Source of the DNA: Geotalea uraniireducens Rf4
GTDB taxonomy: Bacteria > Desulfobacterota > Desulfuromonadia > Geobacterales > Geobacteraceae
DNA: 32,000 nt
Direction: 5' to 3'
NCBI RefSeq assembly: GCF_000016745.1
Contig: NC_009483.1
Span: forward strand, 3,540,001-3,572,000
The notes under the pieces are model-generated. The model was not told the DNA's origin. It was given only the letters and a program-made list of their open reading frames with translations, and searched no databases. Numbering within the stretch: the stretch's first letter is position 1; each line of letters starts with the position of its first letter. The position numbers were made by a program, and so were the translations under genes. Positions 16,840-23,133 of the stretch are shown here, piece by piece.

Positions 16840-17721
16840 TTAGAAGTTTTTCTTCGCTGTATTTGTGCCAGAGATAGAGCCAGTTTTGAGACCAAATAGT
16901 TTTTTATACGTTATCAATGTTGCAATGGTCCTATTTATGACTTTCCGTATATTGAATTTCAAACCTTGCATTACTGAAGTATGCTTAACGAGTTGGAAAT
17001 ATTGCTGACCAAATCGTGGGTCGCTTTTACCTAAAGACCCTAACAAAATGCCCAACCTCCACGCGATAAATGGAAGCGATAACTGGTCACGTTTCGCTCC
17101 GGAGCGGTATTCACTCCACCACTCGTCCATGAAGCGGCGCATACAAAGAGTAGTTTTCCTTATGATCACATTTGCCTCAAACAGGCCGTTTCCGACAGGA
17201 TATCCTATCTTACTGTATCTGCGCATCTGTGACGCAATGATCCATATCCAATCGAGCGAATAGTGCGCACATTTAGCAGCTTCGGCATAAACACAGTTTC
17301 TCAGCGGGTGTTGATATAAAAAAATATCTTCTGGTGAATGCAGAGCTGCGCAAATCAATTCATACAAATCCCCAACGATTTGAATACTACCATCGACATA
17401 TACGGTGACGTCATAACCCGGCAAGAATTCATGGGGATGCATCTTGATGTAACGGTTCTGGTCCTTTGGTGAAAGCCCCTTCAGGTCGATGGGACGAAAC
17501 TCCCATGGCGGCATCACGCTATGGGGGGTATCCGTAAAACAAAAATATGCAAGACGCTTGTCTACGGATAGCGGGATTTTCAACGAATCGTAGCCTTGCG
17601 TAATACACGTATAGACGGCAATCTTCAATGGCGCCATATCCACCGTTGCCGACCCTGGTCGTTTAGTTGCCTTATCAAGCCGGTTCTGTTCGATAGCTAT
17701 ACCACCAACAATGCCACACAT
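16840..17721 (-). CDS. DUF616 (TOD1/MUCI70-like) glycosyltransferase-domain protein
   Basis: KIAVYTCITQGYDSL...CFTD...YIKMHPHEFLPGYDVTVYVDGSIQI...HPLRNCVYAEA...GYPVGNGLFEANVIIRK...WWSEY..GAKRDQLSLPFIAW matches the DUF616 pattern. I chose the start at 17721 because ATG overlaps the upstream stop as TAATG. Alternatives are 17778 (longest ORF) or 17637 (MAPLKIAVY). Confidence 0.75.
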   Translation of the reverse strand: MCGIVGGIAIEQNRLDKATKRPGSATVDMAPLKIAVYTCITQGYDSLKIPLSVDKRLAYFCFTDTPHSVMPPWEFRPIDLKGLSPKDQNRYIKMHPHEFLPGYDVTVYVDGSIQIVGDLYELICAALHSPEDIFLYQHPLRNCVYAEAAKCAHYSLDWIWIIASQMRRYSKIGYPVGNGLFEANVIIRKTTLCMRRFMDEWWSEYRSGAKRDQLSLPFIAWRLGILLGSLGKSDPRFGQQYFQLVKHTSVMQGLKFNIRKVINRTIATLITYKKLFGLKTGSISGTNTAKKNF

Positions 17722-18677
17722 TAGCAGGCAATCCTTTGCACTATGCGTCTGAAAATATTGATCCCCGATTTTACCCAAACATATGGATGGACAAGTATTC
17801 TCAACACAACGGTTGTCTTCAATATGGGGAATCCATGGTGCAGATATCTAAAAGCATCTAAAACCGCTCCCCCTTTAAATATCAGGGAAAGATCACGGTA
17901 AGCTATGGGTAGAAGAGTGGCATTTCGCGCACGCCCAAGAGCTTTCGGCGGTATTTCGACAGCAGTGGCAGTCTGGTAAATCGACTCCCAAATCCCAAGG
18001 TTGTTGACCATATCCCGCCAGCAATTAATAAGGCTGGCATTGCCTCCATGTAAATTCCAACAGCCGACGACACGGTCGAGATATGCGACTTTGCCTGTTA
18101 GCGCCAGGCGCAACAGGGATTCCCAATCGGAACTGATGACATCCATTCGATAAAAGTCACAGGCTAACGCACTGGGCCGATGGTACAAGGTAGCCAGATG
18201 TGAAAAGTGATAGCGTTGATCATGGTATCGTAATAAGGCCTCTTTGCCGGATAGTATGGTCGTATCCAGGAGTAAAGGTTCGCGCGTACCCGTTGCCGTT
18301 ACTACATTCCGTCGAGCCGAGACGATCACGATGCCGGGTTCACTGTACGCAAGTTCTACCGCCTTGCTGATAAAATCAACATCAATATAAAAATCGTCTC
18401 CGTCAAGATTGACGACCCATTCTCCCGTAGCCAATTCGTACAAAGCACGACGATAATTCTTCACCCGACCAAGATTTTGAGTATTACGTATATAGCGCAA
18501 CCTGGGATCGCGGTATGCGGCAACCTTCTCAGCAGTTTGATCAGGAGAAGCGTCATCAACCACGATCACTTCGAGGTTTGGATAGCTTTGAGCCAGCGCG
18601 CTTGAAATCGCATGAGATACACAGTCCTGCTGCCCATAAGTCGGGATTACTATTGATACTTTAGGGAGTGGATTCAT
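17721..18677 (-). CDS. glycosyltransferase family 2
   Basis: 318-aa ORF. VSIVIPTYGQQDCVSHAISSALAQSYPNLEVIVVDDASPDQT and the NLDGDD (DXD) motif are canonical GT2 features. Confidence 0.88.
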   Translation of the reverse strand: MNPLPKVSIVIPTYGQQDCVSHAISSALAQSYPNLEVIVVDDASPDQTAEKVAAYRDPRLRYIRNTQNLGRVKNYRRALYELATGEWVVNLDGDDFYIDVDFISKAVELAYSEPGIVIVSARRNVVTATGTREPLLLDTTILSGKEALLRYHDQRYHFSHLATLYHRPSALACDFYRMDVISSDWESLLRLALTGKVAYLDRVVGCWNLHGGNASLINCWRDMVNNLGIWESIYQTATAVEIPPKALGRARNATLLPIAYRDLSLIFKGGAVLDAFRYLHHGFPILKTTVVLRILVHPYVWVKSGINIFRRIVQRIAC

Positions 18678-18699
18678 CAGCGTAGTCCAAAGGTATTGA

Positions 18700-19656
18700 T
18701 CATGCCTGTTTTCTCGCCCAGATTGTCATGCGGCCGGTCTGACCGAAAGCACTGAGCAACCAGGCCAGCGGATATAGCGCAAAGTGCCACTTTCCGGCCC
18801 GTTTCGGAAAATCGATGAGTTTCTGCCCCAGCCTGGTATAGCCCCTGTCACGTAAAACATAGCCGGTGCTGGCAAGCAGGTTGCTCAACAACCGCTGGTG
18901 GTGGATATTCTCCAGTGCCCAACCGCCAGCCTCCAGAACTTGCCTTAAGGTTTCGGGGGTGAAGTGGTAAAGATGATTAGGCAAGTGCAGTGCGTATAAT
19001 TTTTCTTTGAAAAGGCGAAACTCCAGCGAACCGGCATTTGGCACCGACAGCGCCAGGCAGGCGCCGGGTTTGGCCCATTCGCACAGCTTTTGAAGGCCGC
19101 CGATCGGATCGTGCAGGTGTTCCAGCACCATCCAGCCGACGATGAGATCAAAAGGCTGACGGGGTTCAGGAGCCGTTTCCAGGGGTCCGGCATGAACGTA
19201 ATAGCCAAGCCGGGTTGCGGCAAGTGCCGCCTTGTCGGAAAACTCGATCCCCTCCACCTGCCATCCTTGCCCGGCCATCCGATGCAGGAAAGCCCCGGAG
19301 GCACATCCCACTTCCAGCAACCGCCCCGGAGAAAGCGGCGGCAATGCCTCGGTGTTGAAGTTGAACAGTCGTTTGACCACGGGTTTGAGCAGTTTTTTAA
19401 TGCCGGAAGTTTGTTTGGGCCCAGTCTGCTGCACACGGGTGCCCAGGTAAGGGCCATAGTCATCGGGGTAATAGAAGCCAATTGTTTCCTGTGTCGGACG
19501 GGGATTGGTACGCATCAGGCCGCAGGTGCGGCATTTGACGATGGTGAAAGTACCGGGCAGGTCGTGGAGCAGGTCGCGCCCGCTGAGCACGAATTCATCG
19601 TTCTTCGGACAACCGAGGGGGCAGGAGACGTCTTCCAGATGAACGGAGTCGATCAT
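18700..19656 (-). CDS. class I SAM-dependent methyltransferase with N-terminal Cys4 zinc ribbon and C-terminal hydrophobic tail
   Basis: 318-aa ORF. CPLGC...CRTCGLMRTNP forms the zinc ribbon. SAM motif I: LLEVGCASGAFLHRM. IVGWMVLEHL is also present. The tail is WHFALYPLAWLLSAFGQTGRMTIW. It is a GC-rich counterpart of 13582..14580. Confidence 0.82.
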   Translation of the reverse strand: MIDSVHLEDVSCPLGCPKNDEFVLSGRDLLHDLPGTFTIVKCRTCGLMRTNPRPTQETIGFYYPDDYGPYLGTRVQQTGPKQTSGIKKLLKPVVKRLFNFNTEALPPLSPGRLLEVGCASGAFLHRMAGQGWQVEGIEFSDKAALAATRLGYYVHAGPLETAPEPRQPFDLIVGWMVLEHLHDPIGGLQKLCEWAKPGACLALSVPNAGSLEFRLFKEKLYALHLPNHLYHFTPETLRQVLEAGGWALENIHHQRLLSNLLASTGYVLRDRGYTRLGQKLIDFPKRAGKWHFALYPLAWLLSAFGQTGRMTIWARKQA

Positions 19657-20387
19657 TTTACTGCCTCACAAGACCAGCCAAATGGATCGTCCTTTTTGTT
19701 GTCGAACCTGTCCAGCCACAAGAATATTGTTTGCAACAAGCGTACAATCATTTGCGCAACGAATTTGACAGGGTAAATCACGATTCCAACGACGTTGGGA
19801 TTGTTGCTGCGAAGCCCCGCAGGAGGGAAAATCGACAGTCCCCTCGGTAGCTCGTATGCCCAGCGGACCCAACGTCCTCCAAATGGAGTTATCTTGATCT
19901 CCCGAAAACCAGCATGCTTGCATATGGATTCAAGCCCATAGGACGTATATCTGAAAAAGTCATGGGGACCCTGATGTTCGGGATGTGCCATCGGCACCGT
20001 CATGAAAAGCTTTCCGTCGGGTTTGAGGACACGGTACATCTCCTTGACGCTTTCACGGGGCCATTCCAGATGCTCAAGCACCTGGGTGCACAGCACTGCA
20101 TCGAAGGTGCCATCTTCGATGGGCATGTCATGCAAGGGAGCGACGTAATCGAGGTTGGCATAGTTCCAGCGGCGTTCACCCACGGCTAAGTCGATTGCTT
20201 TATAGTTGCAATTGGAAAAAAACCTTTTGTAAACACACTCTCCCGCACCGGCATCCAACAGGGAGGCATTCTCCGGCAGGCTCTCCGCAACATACTTCAC
20301 GAAACGGGTTATATACCATCTGCCGACATCCTGTATTTTATTTCTCGCTGAAAAGTCCTCATTTATCATCACAAAGTACTTCCCCAT
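19653..20387 (-). CDS. class I SAM-dependent methyltransferase (Methyltransf_11-like)
   Basis: 244-aa ORF. Motifs: LLDAGAGECVY, FDAVLCTQVLEHL, LKPDGKLFMTVP. Its stop overlaps the next gene's start (ATGA at 19653-19656). An alternative start is at 20369. Confidence 0.82.
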   Translation of the reverse strand: MGKYFVMINEDFSARNKIQDVGRWYITRFVKYVAESLPENASLLDAGAGECVYKRFFSNCNYKAIDLAVGERRWNYANLDYVAPLHDMPIEDGTFDAVLCTQVLEHLEWPRESVKEMYRVLKPDGKLFMTVPMAHPEHQGPHDFFRYTSYGLESICKHAGFREIKITPFGGRWVRWAYELPRGLSIFPPAGLRSNNPNVVGIVIYPVKFVAQMIVRLLQTIFLWLDRFDNKKDDPFGWSCEAVK

Positions 20388-21648
20388 ACAAAAAATTGAA
20401 GTGGTTGGTTTTCAGAAAATGGTGTTGGAGAAAAAGGTTTACGACAAAGAACAGGCTGGTGGCAAACGCGAGGCCAAATACGCCAAAGTAATAATACAGA
20501 GCAATTTTTGCCGGAACATAGAATGTATAGCTGCATATCCCCAGGCGTGTTGGTGTTGACGTGTCGCCGAGCGCGAAATACGATGATGACGATATCTGTC
20601 CCATTACACCACCGGCAAACATGCCGGAGAGCCAGACCATGATCCACCATAATTCCCGAACATTGCCGGCGCTCACATTACCGTGTCCCACCAGCAGGCT
20701 CAGTACTGTCTGCCCCAAAAGCCCCAGCACCAGAAGTCCGACGAGGCTGATTGCGCCGACCTGCACCAGTTTCCGGTGATAGGCACGCCGAAAGCCCGCC
20801 TTGTCCCCCGCCTTGTGGAGCCGACTCAGCGCCGGTACCAATGGGGCAGCGAAAGCCTTGTTGAGCACCTGGCTGACCGCACCATAAATCTGCTGAGCCA
20901 GGTAATATAATGACAGGCTGCCACTGCCGGCGGTGGAGAGCAGAATGCGGTCCACCAGCGGGTCGGTCTTGTAATAGGCTGTCCCCAGCAGCAGGGGTTT
21001 GATGCGCTGCCAGGCTTGCCGGACAGAAGGGCATCTCAGGTCGGGGCGAACCGGACGCCCCATGCCGGGGGCAAGCAACAGGGTTTGCAGGCCCATGCGC
21101 AGGGTGCTGATCCAGGCAGCCGCGATAACCCCGAAACGGGGGAGCGCCCAGATCAACAGGAGCAAGGCAAAAGCACTGACCAGGATCGGGGTGAATTCTG
21201 CCCACAAAAACTGTTGCCTGGCGTGGTAGGCGGCCCATTGCACGCCATTGATCGCCGTAAAGACCATGCCGACGAGTTGGATGCGGGTAAGCGTTACCGT
21301 GAGACTTTGGCCGGTCTCGTTGAAGCCTGGCACAGTAAGGGGCACCCACCAGGGTGCCGCCATATAAAGAAGAACTGCCAACAGTGCGAATATACCGCCA
21401 ATAAGGACGAAAAATCCCCAAGTGTCATGGCGGAGACGATCTTCGCTTTCTCCCGAAAGAAGCGGCACGAGGACATGCATGAGCGATCCGCTGATGACCG
21501 CCAATACGAGCTGGGGGATCGTCATGCCGGCAAAAAGCGCGTCGGTCTCTACTCCCGGCCCCAGTTTGACAAGAACATACCACTGAAAAACAAAGGCGAG
21601 GCCGATGTTGGCAGCGGAAAGGAAGCCGAGTTGAATCGAGAGTTTCAT
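20359..21648 (-). CDS. MOP-superfamily polysaccharide/lipid-linked oligosaccharide flippase (Wzx/MurJ-like)
   Basis: 429-aa polytopic membrane protein with about 12 TM segments. The N-terminus (GPGVETDALFAGMTIPQLVLAVISGSL) resembles the MurJ/MviN family. It sits between the PCP and methyltransferase/GT genes. Confidence 0.65.
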   Translation of the reverse strand: MKLSIQLGFLSAANIGLAFVFQWYVLVKLGPGVETDALFAGMTIPQLVLAVISGSLMHVLVPLLSGESEDRLRHDTWGFFVLIGGIFALLAVLLYMAAPWWVPLTVPGFNETGQSLTVTLTRIQLVGMVFTAINGVQWAAYHARQQFLWAEFTPILVSAFALLLLIWALPRFGVIAAAWISTLRMGLQTLLLAPGMGRPVRPDLRCPSVRQAWQRIKPLLLGTAYYKTDPLVDRILLSTAGSGSLSLYYLAQQIYGAVSQVLNKAFAAPLVPALSRLHKAGDKAGFRRAYHRKLVQVGAISLVGLLVLGLLGQTVLSLLVGHGNVSAGNVRELWWIMVWLSGMFAGGVMGQISSSSYFALGDTSTPTRLGICSYTFYVPAKIALYYYFGVFGLAFATSLFFVVNLFLQHHFLKTNHFNFLYGEVLCDDK

Positions 21649-22895
21649 TGGCTGCCCTGACTGTTTATGCCCGTCCGCAACTTCTGAAAATTATCAAGTG
21701 CCAGAACCAACGCGCAGGAGCCGGCCAAGGCCGCTAAAAAGACGATCGTTACGATTTTTCTCCTTACCGGCTTGCTCCGCCTCTCCGGCACCTTTGCATT
21801 CTGCAGCACATGAAACGGCGAAACGTCCTTGACCTCGGACAGCTTCGCCACCTCGTACTGTTTGGCCAGCAGCTCCACCAGCGTCTCCTGGATCCTGAAC
21901 TCCCGCATCAGCCGCAAATACTCCTGTCCCAGCTGCGGCATACTTCCGACTGATGGAATGGAACTGCTCCCCTCGCCATTTCCCTCCAGCTTGACGATCT
22001 GTGCCTGCAAATTTGCCGCTGTGGATTTGGCCGTTTTTACCTCCTGGCTTGATTCGGTAAACTGCCTCCGGAAGGTGGCCAACTGCACCTCCTGAGCAGC
22101 AAGTTGGGCCCGCAACTGCGCCACTCCCTCGATGGTGGCCTTGGCCTGGTCGGTTACCGATACGGCCTTATTTTTTGCCTGAAAGGCTTTGAGAGCATCC
22201 TCCGCCTTTGCCAGATCGACACGGGCCGCAGCGAGGCGTTCTTCCAGATACCCGCGGTCCTTGCCGGCCGATGTCATGTTGAGCCTGGCGGCAAGTTTCC
22301 CCAGCTCGTCCACGTAAGCATTGGCCAGATCCGCTGCCCGCTTGGGATTCTTGTCGTCCACGGCAATGGTGATGACCCCGTCCTTTTTGCCTGCCGTGAC
22401 GATGACATTCTTATCCAGCGCCGTGTACACATCGGACCGAAACTTTGCCTCGTACAGATCCTTCAGCTTGAAGCGGTCGATAATCGGGTCCTTGACCGTC
22501 TCACTCTTCAGCATGGTCACATACAAGCCGGCCTTGGTCGCCCCCCCCAGACCACCACCGGCAATACCGGCAACACCGCCCAGACCGCCAAGTTGGGCCA
22601 TCATGGCCCCCATGACCCCTTTGTCGTCCTCTCTGGGCAGAATCATGGCCTTTGCAGTGTAGATGCCGGGGATCAGCAGAACGACAATGATACTGATAAT
22701 GGTGGCGACCAGGGTGATGCCGGCGATCAGCCGCCAGCGTTTGACGAACAGGGCCAGGTAGTCGAAAAGAGTGGGAGCAGGTTCGAGGTTCGAGGTTCGA
22801 GGTTCGAGGTTAGAACCAGCTTCAAGGTTCGAGGTTCGAGGTTCGAGGTTCGAGGCGCGAGGTTCGAGCTTGTTAGTATCGGAATGCTGCATCAT
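21645..22895 (-). CDS. polysaccharide co-polymerase / chain-length determinant (Wzz/GumC-like, no kinase domain) with a repeat-encoded N-terminal extension
   Basis: 416-aa ORF with the Wzz pattern: FDYLALFVKRWRLIAG plus TM1, a long coiled-coil periplasmic region, and a C-terminal TM (IVTIVFLAALAGSCALVLAL). GGAG lies 5 nt upstream of ATGATG. Residues 9-40 (LEPRASNLEPRTSNLE...SNLEPRTSNLEP) are encoded by heptanucleotide repeats. Confidence 0.85.
   Translation of the reverse strand: MMQHSDTNKLEPRASNLEPRTSNLEAGSNLEPRTSNLEPAPTLFDYLALFVKRWRLIAGITLVATIISIIVVLLIPGIYTAKAMILPREDDKGVMGAMMAQLGGLGGVAGIAGGGLGGATKAGLYVTMLKSETVKDPIIDRFKLKDLYEAKFRSDVYTALDKNVIVTAGKKDGVITIAVDDKNPKRAADLANAYVDELGKLAARLNMTSAGKDRGYLEERLAAARVDLAKAEDALKAFQAKNKAVSVTDQAKATIEGVAQLRAQLAAQEVQLATFRRQFTESSQEVKTAKSTAANLQAQIVKLEGNGEGSSSIPSVGSMPQLGQEYLRLMREFRIQETLVELLAKQYEVAKLSEVKDVSPFHVLQNAKVPERRSKPVRRKIVTIVFLAALAGSCALVLALDNFQKLRTGINSQGSQ
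22779..22866. repeat. two tracts of the heptanucleotide AGGTTCG (coding-strand CGAACCT) inside the wzz-like 5' coding region
   Basis: Tract A has perfect units at 22779, 22786, 22793 and 22800 and a degenerate unit at 22807. Tract B has perfect units at 22825, 22832, 22839 and 22846, a degenerate unit (aggcgcg) at 22853 and a perfect unit at 22860. Isolated AGGTTCGAG copies lie at 22917 and 22934, upstream of the start codon. Confidence 0.95.
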
Positions 22896-22951
22896 TTATA
22901 CTCCGTCAGAAAAATCAGGTTCGAGGAAAAAACAGGTTCGAGTTTTCTCAT

Positions 22952-23133
22952 TCCTTTATCCTCGCACCTCGCTCCTCGATCCTGCCGTTTTACCTCGCTC
23001 CTTTATCCTCGCACCTCGTTCCTCAATCCTGCCGTTTTACCTCGTTCCTTTATCCTCGCACCTCGTTCCTCAATCCTGCCGTTTTACCGCGTTCCTTTAT
23101 CCTCGCACCTCGTTCCTCAATCCTGCCTTTACA
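22952..23133. repeat. about 3.8 tandem copies of a 47-bp repeat filling the wza-like/wzz-like intergenic region
   Basis: tcctttatcctcgcacctcg(c/t)tcctc(g/a)atcctgccgttttacc(t/g)cg(c/t) starts at 22952, 22999, 23046 and 23093. The last copy is truncated at the TAA stop of the upstream gene (23129-23131). A period of 47 is not a multiple of 3, so the array is non-coding. Confidence 0.95.

Noticed and set aside
18945-19776. ORFs 18945..19481 (-), 19090..19776 (+) and 19232..19450 (+)
   Set aside because: They are off-frame or antisense to the clear SAM-methyltransferase frame and have low-complexity, Arg/Pro-rich products.
20678-21660. ORFs 20678..21421 (-) and 21016..21660 (+) within the flippase gene
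   Set aside because: They are alternative-frame or antisense shadows with highly basic or Pro/Gly-rich products. The annotated frame gives a coherent 12-TM protein.
22779-22942. tRNA T-arm-like GGTTCGA motifs suggesting tRNA genes or tRNA-derived elements
   Set aside because: Only the 7-mer recurs. No acceptor, D or anticodon arms can be drawn, and the tracts lie in an open reading frame.
22952-23133. CRISPR array
   Set aside because: The 47-bp units are directly adjacent with no unique spacers, there are no cas genes, and the units are not palindromic in the CRISPR manner.
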